53,867 nt of DNA, taken from positions 1-53,867 of the forward strand of contig FLMG01003614.1 of NCBI GenBank assembly GCA_900088475.1, read 5' to 3'. A program made the position numbers and the translations under genes. This stretch comes from Hyphochytrium catenoides (Eukaryota > Protista > Hyphochytriomycota). The notes below the pieces were generated by a model. The model was not told the DNA's origin and did not search any database. It was given only the letters and a program-made list of their open reading frames with translations. Shown piece after piece: positions 1 to 12,048 of the stretch. Numbering within the stretch: the stretch's first letter is position 1; each line of letters starts with the position of its first letter.

Positions 1-951
1 GGCAAGAAGTGAAGACGGATTGCTTAGATAGCAATAACCTTCAGGCTACCGCTGCGGTACAGACATATTCACCGGAGTGAACCCCTCACTCGCCAGGAAG
101 ACAAGATCAAGGAAACCACGCTTCACAGATATCGACTGCGAGCTCAGAACAGGTATAGAAGGCCTATTAAGGCATGGAGCTTGGCTGGATCGATACTATC
201 AAAAAAGCTAAGTGTTTCTGGTGGCGAACTTTAACCGTGAACAAAGCGTGGGGACTCACTTTGGGGGCGAGAGACCACTTGCAAGATGGACTGTGAGAGA
301 CCGCGGAAAAGTGCCGTTAGCTTTTTTCTCGTCGCCCTAGTTGGTGTTAGCCAGGCAAAACGGCAATTGCCCACGGCACTTCAATACCGCTGCTGTGAGG
401 CAGGCTATAAATCTAAGGAGCCCACAATGCCACCCACTGCTGACCACTATCTAACGTTATGATAAACATAGCTTGGTCAGGATCCGAAACACGCTGAGCA
501 TCATAATCTCAGTTCAGTCTTTCCAAATGCAAGCATTAACAAGGAAAAGCTTCTGAGAGATCACCGGCGTCGAGGCAGTAACCAATAGCAGTGAGAAATA
601 TACTCCAGACGATGCGTGGTGAAGTCGCCTGAGATCTGAGGCCTGCTAGACTCTAGGCAGAGCTTCTGCACTGCAGCACCTGCCACGCGTCCACTACTCC
701 AGTCTAGAATCTATAAAGATTCCTATGTTGGCACAAGAAGGCAAGGGAAAGAACAAACTCCAGATTCCAACAATCGACTCCTTGGTTTATCTGCAAGAAA
801 GCTGACACAGGAGTTTGCCTCTTACTGTACCCAAAAGGAAAGGGGAGAAATCTCTCGTTTGATATTATTGAAAATGAATCCCGAATATGGCTCCGGTTTG
901 TCACCCTTTTCTGGCATATGTAGTCCTTCGTTACCGAATCAGGTTAAATTG

Positions 952-1234
952 TTCCCGCCAAAATGTTTCTCCATTGCGCGCCAAACGGAATTACAAAACC
1001 GCCTCACCAAAATCTGCTATCTTGGGAGTCTTATAGAACTATCTAGCGTTTCCTCTGCTCCCACTCGCTGTTGCCGTTCTCCCCGCAAACTCCATTTCCC
1101 GCCCATTCCGTTTGCTGCTCCTTTCACGCAACTGAATGAAAGATAATTTGCCCCACTCGAGCTTTCATTTCTCTAAATCATTCTCTAAATCTTTCTGGCC
1201 CAGACGTGACGAGTTTTCATTTCGCGGCGCGCAA
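952..1234. promoter_or_regulatory. Cluster of E2F-binding-site motifs upstream of the atypical E2F gene
   Basis: TTCCCGCCAAAA 952-963; TTGCGCGCCAAA 974-985 (minus strand TTTGGCGC); TTTCCCGC 1095-1102; TTTCGCGGCGCGCAA 1220-1234. All match or nearly match the TTTSSCGS E2F consensus. Confidence 0.6.
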
Positions 1235-1303
1235 TTGATACTTGGTCCAGCCGCAGTCTTCGTCACGGCTTCGGTTAGTCTTCAAAGCCTTTTGAGATTT
1301 AGA

Positions 1304-3025
1304 ATGGCAATAGTCGATTCCAGGAGTATCATGATCAGCCCATATGATAGTACCAAGAGACAACCCGAGAACTGCACAGGATTAAAGCCTGTTATTGAAA
1401 CTCCACGGATCTCCAAAATTCTGACATTCTCCCCGGAGAAACGATCTCATTCAGGAACAGAAGGCACAAGCTGTGGTCAGGGACGAGGATCACCGAAGAT
1501 TAGCAAGAGCTTGGCAGTTTCTAAAACCACCCTTTTCCAGGCCTCAGAGTCCAAGCAAACTGCCAACGAGGATCCAAGACTTCCAAGTTTCCAGGAGGTC
1601 TTTGGCCAAAGCCGAAACATTCTTCCCCTGGGTTCGTCGCAGCCCTTTAATAATTCTCTCCATACAAGGACACCTGCCCTAAGTTCATTGAAGAGGTCTT
1701 TTCGAGACTTTGCGGCTGGGGCCAATGATGCCAATTTGCATGTTGTGGGTGGCGTAAAAAGTGTCTCTTGCCGAGCTTCCCACAGCCCTAGAAGACCCCA
1801 TCCGTTGGATTTCTTTTCTATGCAGACTCCCAGCAAGCCTTTATTCTCACCCACAGCCAACAACCAGAAGTCTCCGAGCTCGACAGATGCTCACACGCAG
1901 CTAATCCCCACTCGGAGTTTTGAGACCCCCTTGGCCTCCAAAGGCTGCATTTTAGGACCTTTTAATGAACCGCTAAACCAGCAGCAGCAGCCTGAGGTTT
2001 CTCCAGCTATCAAGGGAGTCGCTGTTCGGAAAGAAGCTGCGAAGGAGGACAAATGGAAACGCGGGTCTCTGGATACGACATGTCGAACGGTGATAGAAGG
2101 CTTAACATGTCCTAGGATCGAGGCTATCACGACAGATGATCAGGGTCTCAAGTACTTCCAAGCAGCGTCTCTGGCGGACGGACTAGGCGAAGTTCGGCGA
2201 AGGGTCTATGACGTTCTCCCTGTGCTGGAATGCCTGGGTATAGTGACCCGCTATGGCCGTCGATATACATACTTCGGAATGGTAGAGATGTGCGCCACGA
2301 TTACTTGGTTAAAGCGATGTGCTGATTACGCACAGTCATGGGCTGCTGGTCGAGTAGATCCGTTGGATGGCTTTAAGATTGTTCTGGACGATGAGAGTCG
2401 ACGACGGGCAGCAGGACGCATGATTGAATATCTGGTCAACAACTGCACCAAGCTAGTTGAGGAGGCTAAGTCCACAGCGACGGATCGGGTGGGAAAGGAG
2501 AATCTTGCCGGAAGAGCTAATCACTCCATGGATCGATGTATCATCTCGCCAGAGCAACTCGCAAGGACGTCATTCTTCGTGAGCACGTCCCCAACCCAGA
2601 GTAACAAAACTGCTCAGGACCAGAAGATTTTATCCAACCTGACAGTCAAGATTTTGCTCTTCCTGCATTTCAAGGGACCTCTGGATACAATTTCTATTGC
2701 AGACATGCTTGAGGAAGTTGACTTCGATCCGAAGCTCCTTTTTGACGAATATTCTCTACGAGTCAGACTTATAAAAATTCCATCGACCAAGCCTAGCAAT
2801 GCGAAGGCATCCAGCCCCTACTTTGGCGCGGTAGGGCGTCGTCTCTATGATGTAATCAGTGTGTTCTCAGGACTCGGCATAGTTTGCACGAAGCGGGGTG
2901 GAGGACGTAGCAAGTCTTACAAGAGCGCATCCAAGTCCAAGAGAGTCAAAGTCAATCCCGTCTTATACGCGGCTGACGCGATTCTGCCTGAACATTTTTC
3001 CTCTTTTCTCTGCCCAAGTACTTAG
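1304..3025 (+). CDS. Atypical E2F transcription factor with two winged-helix DNA-binding domains (E2F7/8, DEL-like)
   Basis: Single-exon ORF 1136-3025 with two E2F/DP signatures, RRVYDVLPVLECLGIV and RRLYDVISVFSGLGIV. Start placed at ATG 1304 because the upstream part of the ORF overlaps E2F promoter motifs; ATG 1136 remains possible. Confidence 0.85.
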   Translation: MAIVDSRSIMISPYDSTKRQPENCTGLKPVIETPRISKILTFSPEKRSHSGTEGTSCGQGRGSPKISKSLAVSKTTLFQASESKQTANEDPRLPSFQEVFGQSRNILPLGSSQPFNNSLHTRTPALSSLKRSFRDFAAGANDANLHVVGGVKSVSCRASHSPRRPHPLDFFSMQTPSKPLFSPTANNQKSPSSTDAHTQLIPTRSFETPLASKGCILGPFNEPLNQQQQPEVSPAIKGVAVRKEAAKEDKWKRGSLDTTCRTVIEGLTCPRIEAITTDDQGLKYFQAASLADGLGEVRRRVYDVLPVLECLGIVTRYGRRYTYFGMVEMCATITWLKRCADYAQSWAAGRVDPLDGFKIVLDDESRRRAAGRMIEYLVNNCTKLVEEAKSTATDRVGKENLAGRANHSMDRCIISPEQLARTSFFVSTSPTQSNKTAQDQKILSNLTVKILLFLHFKGPLDTISIADMLEEVDFDPKLLFDEYSLRVRLIKIPSTKPSNAKASSPYFGAVGRRLYDVISVFSGLGIVCTKRGGGRSKSYKSASKSKRVKVNPVLYAADAILPEHFSSFLCPST

Positions 3026-3278
3026 GGAAGAGACACGCATGTTCGAGGCTTGACGAAGCCAAAGAACTTCGCGGCTTCTTTTATAACATCCGGTGCTTTC
3101 TCAGTAGTCTGAACTATATCCCTAACCTGTTGTGAGTGTCTGTTTATTGTACATACTTCTGCTGGATACCGTCCAAGCTGGTAACTGATCACATCTTTGT
3201 TAAATAAAGAGCTTTCCTGTTACATGCGCCCCCACGCAAGGGTTGCCTTACAAAAGAGGCCTTACAAAAGAGCTGAAG

Positions 3279-4743
3279 TTAGAGCTTTGCGGACCCTATG
3301 GACAGCTGCACGAGGGCTGACGCATCTTCTGCAGACCCCCAAGACATGCAATAACCTGCTCCGCCATGCCCTACAAGCCAGATACAAGCATTAGCAATAG
3401 CTAGGGAAAAGGTAACAGATCCCAATAGGGCGGTCGATCTCAGTAAGAGACCAAGAATAGGATAACAAAAGGTGAGCATCAAAAGCCTAACTAACCGTAG
3501 TTATGAACCACAATCGTTCCGTCATTTAGTGTCTCCCTCTCAATCCGCACACTTCCTTTCCGTTTGGGCCGAAGTCCAACCCAAGCTTCTACGACCTTTC
3601 CTTTGGCTAAAGATGGCACCATCTGGGTGCAGCGCGCAAGTATGTCCCTCGTGATGGCTTCGTTCACTGTAATATCGGTCTCTCCCACGTCCCCTGTCCC
3701 TCCACAGATGACATCACCACCTGCCCGAGGGATAATATATGCCCCGTTGTCATCATTAATGACCGCATTTATCCAAGGAGCGTGGACTCGTACTACTTGC
3801 CCACGAACAGGGTACATATTCTATACAATAAGCTAGAGGTCAGACGTCGCACTATGCACATAGAGTAACGATATCTTCAGCTTACTGGGTCTGGAACAAG
3901 CTCTTTAGCCCCTAGTCCAGAGCAGTTCACGATGACTTTAGCAGGAGCCAGGCGAGCAACCTCCTGTAATGAGGACACGGTCTTCTCCACTAGATGGCGA
4001 ACGCGTTAGACGTGAAGAATGAGTCAAAAATCAAACCTAAGAGAGTTCTGGCGTTCTTTAGGTAAAGGTCAAACTGACCTATCTTGACTCCATGCCCACG
4101 TAGTTCTCGAATGAGCCACGGCAAATACTCTAGCGGATCAGCCACTGGTGCATCGTACAGTTCAGCATCTACGTAGCAGCCACCTAAGAGGCTCTTAAAC
4201 ACCTTAAGCAACTCAGGCCCCTGACGATAGCTACTCAATCGGCGAGATATCTCATTGTAGGGAAGAGGACTGCGAGCCACAACGAGGCTGGGAACAATGT
4301 GTACCGCAGCCTCTGGGACTTGTTTGCTCAGGTACGTGAACTGTATCAGACTTCGAAGGACAAGGTTTGTAGCTTGATGTTCATCTTCTATCTGGAATGG
4401 TGGGCTTAAAGGCGAAAAAAGTTAGCGAAATACTTAGGTGAGAGAGCACCCCACGCAGGCATTAGTCAGAGCTTCGAGGTTGAAGTACATGAAGCAATAC
4501 CACGAGACACTCCAGAATACATTGTTAGAGAACTGAAAGAAGGAAAGGACAAACTCACCACGACCAAAGTGCTCCAGCGCCGTATGACGTATTAGCTTTA
4601 TGGCATCCAATGTGCTTGCCCCACACTTCTACGTTCTTGATTCCGTCTCGAACAAGCTGCAGCGCCGTCGTAAGGCCCACAACTCCTGCCCCAAGAACAA
4701 CGACGCCTGCAGGCTGTGTCCGCTGCTCCTTGGAAGGCGCCAT
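3279..4743 (-). CDS. DAO: D-amino-acid oxidase, peroxisomal (5 exons)
   Basis: Spliced product contains the FAD motif VVVLGAGVVG, then VIVNCSGLGA, PVRGQ, WVGLRP and HNYGHGGAGY (intron within HNYG|H), and ends in PTS1 -AKL. Confidence 0.9.
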
Positions 4744-5250
4744 TGCAGATGATGAGCACCTTCTAACAAGCAACACCTGGAAGCGTTGCCTTACTTCTCT
4801 TTCGCAAGGCGTGAGCTGAACCTTATAGTCGTAGAACTATTTAATATCTCAGCCAAAAGAAAAGTGAGATGGTTCAGGTCTGTTTCTCCTTCCTTTCTTC
4901 ACCCTGCACTTCAACCTTCAACCAGCTCATGATCGGTTCCTGCATTCGCATAATACCGCATACCAAACATATCCTGGATCCTTGGCCTAGGATCTGAAAT
5001 GATCATCAGCGGTATTACGGATCGCGGAGCCCTGTTTGGACATTAGTCCAAAGGCGATGAAAGAGCTTCATTTCTTGCTGAAGAGGTTCGCAAGATACAC
5101 AGAGCTCTGGCCATTGACGCAACAAGCTACCGATGAGAATTGCCTGAGAGAGCTCTAAACGCGAATGATCAGTCTTGCAGACAGCCTTGAAAGCCGATAG
5201 ATAGCTAGGGTCGCTTACAGCGGGACAAGCCGTCGTAAGACTGCTGAGCT

Positions 5251-5661
5251 ATGGAGGGAGGCAGACCCTTGTCTCCAAGAGCAAAAGCAGGGCTAATGAG
5301 AGAGAGGTCTCTACGGTTGTGGAGGGCCATAGCGACTGATGAGCCATCATCCAAGCTTTATCTCTACGAAGAGTGAGTTACCTAAACATGTTGGTCTCCC
5401 TGCACCCCTTGAGTGACGCCTATCCTACTCTTGCCGCCTGGTGTGTGCAGTACAATAGTGCAAGGAAATGTAGTCGGTTCCTCTAAGGACCAGCATCAAG
5501 TGGTGATTTCCGGCCTCGAGACCGCCATAGGCACATATAAAAGAGCGATCTTGAGAGAGCAGGACTTGCGTATTATAGAGATACCAACCGCAGGTCACGG
5601 GACTATTTTGTCAGAGATTCTACTGAAGACAACCTCCAAATCTTCAGATGTTGAGAGTTAA
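5251..5661 (+). CDS. GEMIN7: Gemin7-like SMN-complex subunit (Sm-like fold; exons 5251-5372 and 5451-5661)
   Basis: A GTGAGT...TGCAG intron joins MEGGRPLSPRAKAGLMRERSLRLWRAI...LYLYED to TIVQGNVVGSSKDQHQVVISGLETAIGTYKRAILREQDL. This follows the Gemin7 pattern RERxLR...LxE...VSxLxTxIG...AxLRxxD as I recall it. Confidence 0.75.
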
Positions 5662-6302
5662 GGTTCTCAGCACAGCCGCTGATAGGCGAGAGCGGAGCAA
5701 GCTCGAAGAGAAGGCAAGACACTTAAAGCTCTATCTCGCTGGCAGCGGCAAAACGACGTCAGACGGTTTTCGAAAGTAGGCAGCAGACCTACGTACTTTC
5801 TTTGCCAGCGCGATGTCAGACGGTCCTGAAAAGTAGAGAGCAGAAGTACGTCACGTTGCAGATGACCTTATATTCTCTATCATTGGTGCAGTCGCCTATA
5901 GGGCACCCAGGTATATATATATTTATATATATGCGCCATGGGGATCGCCGCCATGGCTCTCGCGTTCTACTCTTCAGAGACCGCAGACTTGAAAGCACAA
6001 TCCTTGCCAGAGCTTCCTGTTGTTGCGGTGAGAGCCACGTAGACTCTGTCTGCTAGAACGTACAGGATAGGTCAACCGAGCCATTTCACGAATTACATCT
6101 ATTGGTCGTTAGACTTTGTAATCCATATCCTGCTATGCTGCGGAGCAACTTTTTGCTCATGCATCAGATAAATATTGTCTTATCGGTCTCCTTTCTTAGC
6201 GTCAGTCTCTGCGACTGGAGTAATAAGCCTGGCAAAACCTTTCAGCTCTCTCTCTCTCTCCAATAGTGTGTAGTGGCACCTAGGAGTGTGCTTGTGCCAG
6301 GT

Positions 6303-7932
6303 TTAGCTATCATTTTGCGCTGTTGCTTCAGACTGTGCCTGGCGTAGAGGACGTTGCCGTGGGCTCAATACTAACTGGGTCTTATCCTCGCCTGCTGATG
6401 AGGCTTCCTCTGATGATCGGTCGATCTTTGTTAATAGCCCAGTGGTAGGAGAAGCGCCGTCATTGGGAACTGCCTCAATCCGCTTAGCCTCTCCGCCGTC
6501 GACGGCGGAAGGATGTCTCATGCTCCTTAAACAGAAGTCTTCCGCGCGATCTAGAACAACCTCCAGGGCCACATCGTCTGACTGCACGACTGAATACTCC
6601 TCCATATCAATGGTAATATGGCTGAGCGCATTCAGGTAGTTTCTGTGACGCTTTCTGTACGACAGAGACAGTGAACCCCAGTGGCCAAAGGTTAGCCCAG
6701 ACAAAAGATAAAGGTACTGGCCGTCTGAGGCCCATTGGATCCACCTTGGCGTAGCTCTGATGTAGAGAATGAACAGCGTAACGAAGGGACAGATTGAGAC
6801 AGCAAGGCCCTGAGCTAGTGCTCATAAAGAAGTGGAGGAAATGGGAGACTGAGCATAGGATAAGAGGACGCCCTTGCCTTAGTACTATCACGAGCCGTAA
6901 ATACTGCAACAGATTCCTAGCAAAGAGAACAGCCGTCGCCCCGAGCTCTTCCACCTCCTCCCACACCTGAGGTGCATGAAAATACACCAGCAGTGACAAG
7001 ACACAGAGGCCTTGACAAAGGTGCCTCGTCAGAATAACTTTTCAAGCTAGCTTTCTTCTTTATCTGTTTACTTCTTTCAATTTTCCCTGTCATGTTGCCC
7101 GGCGCCCCTGTTCTTCTCTTCTTTTTCACATCAGTTCTTCCTTTGTCCCCATTAATCCCTTAAAGATGCGTTCTCTGTTTGTGTGCCTTTGTAGTATGAA
7201 CACAAGTCCGTTCTCCAAGGCAGCACCCGGCAGGCTGGTACGTCCTTACCTGACACGATGAAGTCCACCCAGTTGAACCATTGATGCCAAAAGTCCTACA
7301 CACGTGGTCCGGCCAGGGTCAGAGGGAATGAGGAGAGCAAGCCTTAGGATGGCTCATCGCGACATGGTACTAGCATGGATAAGGCCCTAATCGTACCTTT
7401 CCCTGCCCTATAATTCGTATAAGCACGTCCATCATCACTAAACCCGTCATTAGCAGTTCGCATGCAAGAAAGATTGGAGAGTCAGGGCTGCACGGAGTAG
7501 AACAAAGGCGAAGGGACAATACAGTCAATATCTTTATAACGTTGGTTGGTATGGTTCGGCAGGTGCTTACAATGCGCCAAAAGATAGCAGAGTCTGCAGC
7601 AGAGAATGACATGGATTAGCAATTCGTTGAAGGGGAACAGCTCAGTTTATATGGAGGGGTTGACGTGACATCGAATGCGGCATACACACTTAAGGAGACT
7701 GAGGAACAAGACATCGAGGCGAACAAAGAGCAAAACGGAGAGCCTTCCAATGGCTGGCTAAGGAAACCTTGAGAGGATGAGAGAGCTGCCTTACCCATGC
7801 GATAACGACCACACTGAGAAGGATCATCAGCACATAGACGAAGGCATAGAACCGGCTAAAGTACACCCGATTAGCCAGCGTTCCCCAGTATTCAGCCCAT
7901 GGCATCTGAGGCCCGCTTTTCAGCGGAGCCAT
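6303..7932 (-). CDS. Stand-alone voltage-sensor-like (Ion_trans S1-S4) 4-TM protein, about 6 exons
   Basis: Spliced product shows S1 FYAFVYVLMILLSVVVIAW, S2 ELLMTGLVMMDVLIRI, S3 FWHQWFNWVDFIVSGLCVLS (the NxxD hallmark) and S4 RNLLQYLRLVIVLR. No pore helices follow; the tail is acidic and probably disordered. Confidence 0.7.
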
Positions 7933-8736
7933 GGCCCTTCAACTCCTGTCCACTGCTTTGCTTCAAACTAGATCTTCAATCTTCTCCTGACAAGGTTCCC
8001 GGGTGGGGCCGCCGTTTAGTCTGAACACGGCATTATTACCAGCGCAGGAGGGAAGCTCTTGCCAAGACAGGAGGTTCGATGACTCATAGCGGCTCCTAGC
8101 GATGAAAGGCTTATTAAATCAAGGGCGCTGATAGGGATGAGTAGAAGGTAATTGTCCCTATATACGTGCATGCGATGAGCTTGAACCTTCAAAATGTGCT
8201 CATTCTACCGAGCTCTGTAGATTTCTTATGATCTCGAGCAGACTTTTCTTACTATCTCTGGCTTCCTCTCTGTGTCGTCGCATTATCTGTATCTCTATAG
8301 GCTAGGTCATGTATATCTAACCTCACTCTGTCTCTCACAATGGCGGAAGACTTTGATCTTCAGAAGATGGTACGAAAGACGATATATTTCACATCCTGGA
8401 TAATACCCTCGACATTGCCTCTTTAACGGTAGGTGTACGGGCGGATCGGGAATCAGCCTGTGTGATGCACAATCTGATTCTGATGTGTTCAAAACATGAT
8501 CGGAAGGAAGGTCATCATCACGAAAGCCGCGCTCACTCTACTTCCTCAAAGCTGCAATGCCTTGGCATCAGCAGAAGAAGACCTCTCTGTTTCTTTGCAG
8601 ACCTATTCTTATAAAGGAGAGGGAAGCATCTTCCTTGCTTGCCTGCTACCTCAGAAAAGGGGATTCGACACAGGGAGGGGTGCTGGATAGAGAGACAAAG
8701 CAGTACTCCGCGGTTGTGTTGCCAATGTGATATGGG

Positions 8737-11700
8737 TTACTTCTTCAGTAATGGAGCCAGCTCATCTACATACTGTGGCTTGGTCAGGCCGACCAGCACG
8801 CAATCGACTTGCACCGGGTGATTCAGGAGCCACTGCACAGCGTACTGCTGCAGTGGGGTGGCCCGTGAGATGGTCTCTCCAAGGGCTGACTCTACCTTTC
8901 TTCGAGTCGCCATAGCACAGGAGAGTTTGATCATCTTGCCGTAGGCCTCGAAGAACGATTGTAGCTGTGAGCGTCAACAAGTATGAGTGCCTTGATCAAG
9001 AGATGGGAAAGTGTGGGCAGTTGATCACTCCAAAGAAAAGGCCTGAGCCATAAGAGCGGCAGATGTAGGCAAACCGAGAATAGATCAAATGCGAAGGAGC
9101 GGAAAGACAACGTAAGAGCAACAGGCAGAGGCAAAGGACGGAGTGATGAACAGGATGACCTACATAGTAACCCTAGCCCTAGCGTGGAAGTACTCCTAAA
9201 CCATGTACCCTTACCATATCAGCTGATGTATCATCCATGCCTTCAAGCTTCTGCATTAGCAGCGGCACAATTCCTTGAGCTAGGTTATCCTCATAGTGCA
9301 TCACAGAAGTGAACTTTGTCCTATCGCGGTCCTTTGGTGCAAGGGTCAACAGACAGACGGAGGTTAGCTTGAAGAATAAAAGACAGAGTCAGTAGGCTTT
9401 GACTCTAAGCGCAGTGGGATTGGTCCACCAGTGGGCACAGGTAGACGATTTTGCAGAAATAGGACAGCCCGGCACGAGATGGGCCGAGCGAGTACGGAGT
9501 ACGACGCGACTGACAAACGTAGTACGGATAGACGTCATATAACATAGGACGCCGATGAGATAAAAAGATGAGTAAGCGTTGGAGACCAGACGGGGCTCAT
9601 ACCAGGTCTAGAATGAGGGTCCGGAGCCATTCGCACGCCTCGATTGTCTCAGCTTCCTCCTCAGTAGGCGTACCTAAGGAGGTCCGAAGGTGAGAATTCT
9701 GTCAGCGGTTTAGTTAAGGAGAAAGGGCTCTCCTCCCTCTCTTCATTTACCTGAAATTTGAGGGGTGAAGTGTTCTAAAATGTCTTGAAGACCCTGTGAA
9801 TATCTTCTCTCAATCTCACTTGCACTATTTTCAATCTCATCGTCAGCAAGCCGCCATGTTCCATCTTCTGTTATGGCGTTCAGTGGACGATTGACAAGGA
9901 TGTGCACACCTGAAGAGGGCATAGGGAAGTGTGGGAACCTAAGAGACTGAAGAACCTCCCACCAGCCTCTCCATGTAGGAGGCTGAGCGAGGACAGTCTG
10001 CGGAGAAATGGGACGATAGGACAAGGAAAGTTGCCTGCAGGCGCAGGGACTTCCGCACGCCACGAGACAAAAGGAGCTGACGAGAATAAAACCCAATATA
10101 AGTGACACCGTGTGGGATGTTGAAGCTCGCCCCTCACCATTCTCTTTAGCCCATCGGGCACAGCCATCCAGCCCATGAGGTTCCAAAATGTTACCAGGTA
10201 ACTCAATGGCGCGAAAGTTGTGCCTAAAGCCACGAAAAGTAAGTCATCCTGACTACAGAAGCATACACTCAATGATGGAGTGGCAGTTGAAAGGTCAGCT
10301 GCTACCCTTGAACAGGCCATTTACCTGTCATTACCAACTCTCATGGCTGCCGCCTTGGCAAGCTCTGTAAGCCCAACGTACGGCATTCTATACGGGGCGT
10401 TGGGACCCGCGCTGACAGAGTTACAACTTATTCCATAGCCCTTACAGGGGTGGAAGAAGAGGGCGAGGAATGCCAGAGACGAGAACAGGCGGACGGTGAG
10501 ACAGATATCGGTAGAGAAAGATAGAAGGTAGAAGCGGTATAGGTAAGGGCGAAGGCATCTCAGGTTTGACTTATAAAAGCACGCGCTGAAAGAAGTTAAG
10601 AGATAAACAGAATATAGATGAGGGTCTCAGGCAGGAAATTGGGAGGGCCGCCGGACTGACAGGAGATGACACCACAGAAGAGTCATTTAAGGGGCTCCAA
10701 CCTTGATTCTACCCTGCTTAACCTCTGATTCGAGAGCCACAAATGCGTCCCCAATTCGCCTGAGTAGCTCGTCATTATGGCGAAGCATGGCCAAAGGATT
10801 CTGCAGCTCTTCCGGTGAGCTCTTCATGGCCACACTCTCATAGAAGTGGTCAGGATTCTGAATCAGGTAGAGATCGATAAAGCTAGAAGAAAGTGAAGTC
10901 AACATAAGAAAGGCAGCAAGAACCGTTAGATCGAGCCCGCTCGGCCAAAGCTCATTAGAAGAGCTGCATGGGAGGAGGACACCGGGCCGGGAGCGCAAGA
11001 TATGACCACAGACCATTTGATGTACAGAAGCCTAGACACCAGGCCAAGTAACAAAACTATGTGTCCATCTTATAAAGCTAAGCAAGAAAGACTAGAGCTA
11101 TTCAATTTCCTCTATTTCAGTCTGCAGCATACCCGCAGTCAAGCCTTTCCAGGGAATTGGTCAGCTGCTGTTCTTGAAAGGCGGGATGGATACAATGCCG
11201 AACACCCTCCGCAACTCTAAGATGTTAAATTTAGATGATGACAATGCGGAAGTCGAGGAAAGAAGTGCAACAGTAAACCGGACTTATTAAAGAAATAAAA
11301 GGTCACGTTGTACGTCATTCGCTTGTGCCAGACGTTTGACATTTAGGGGTTCTTACTCTACGATTTCGGGTGGCTCAGGGGAGCCCTGAGTACCCTCAGG
11401 ACTTGGTGGGAGATAGCCATACTTCGTAACGATGTAGACGCTCTCTCGACCACTGTGACAGCAGACCACAACGAGAGAAAAAGCCGTCAGGGAACATTGT
11501 TTGAGCAAGCACACAAGAAGCGAAAAGCTGAGGCTAAGAAGAGAAGCTAACGAGAGACGGTGCTCTATAAAGCCTAGGCGACCAAGGGATGGCGGTGGCG
11601 CGCAACTGTCACTCACTGCTTTAGTGCTAAGCTGCCCTCCTTTAGCACTTTCTGGATCAGCTTCTCGCTCTGTCCTAGGCCTACAAAGATGAGGATGTTG

Positions 11701-12048
11701 CCGTTCTGCTTAGGTCCTGTTCTTTCCTCTGGTTCAAGATGACCTACCGTAGCTCGAGCTAAAGAGAGTGAAATGTCAGCAATGTGGATGCTACTTGACA
11801 GGAACAAGCAGAGATTATGGAGATATTTGTCCCAACCTTGTGTCAATTAGGTTTAGTCCCCTGCTCAGGGCAGCCTTCATCGCCTCCTCATTCTCCTTGA
11901 ACCCCAGCTGCATCCGAGCAGTGCCAATACCGAGCCTTGAGACGGGCTCTCCAGATGCAGTTGTGAGGATGTACCTCCGATTAGCTGCTATACGGCGAGA
12001 TACGCGATTGGCTTGCCATCGTGCAAAGTAGAAAGGAAAGGCGAGCAT
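8737..12048 (-). CDS. Aldo/keto reductase family protein (many exons, large insert)
   Basis: Motifs LGIGT, GLNLIDTSSSYGLGQSE, IVTKYGY, IDLYLIQNP, ILVNRPL and QYAVQWLL...VLVGLTKPQYV, spread over GT-AG exons. The start codon is uncertain. Confidence 0.85.

Noticed and set aside
3279-4743. Stop-codon reassignment suggested by ORFs ending inside conserved motifs (e.g. HNYG*)
   Set aside because: The stops checked lie within GT-AG introns, and long single-exon genes translate normally with the standard code.
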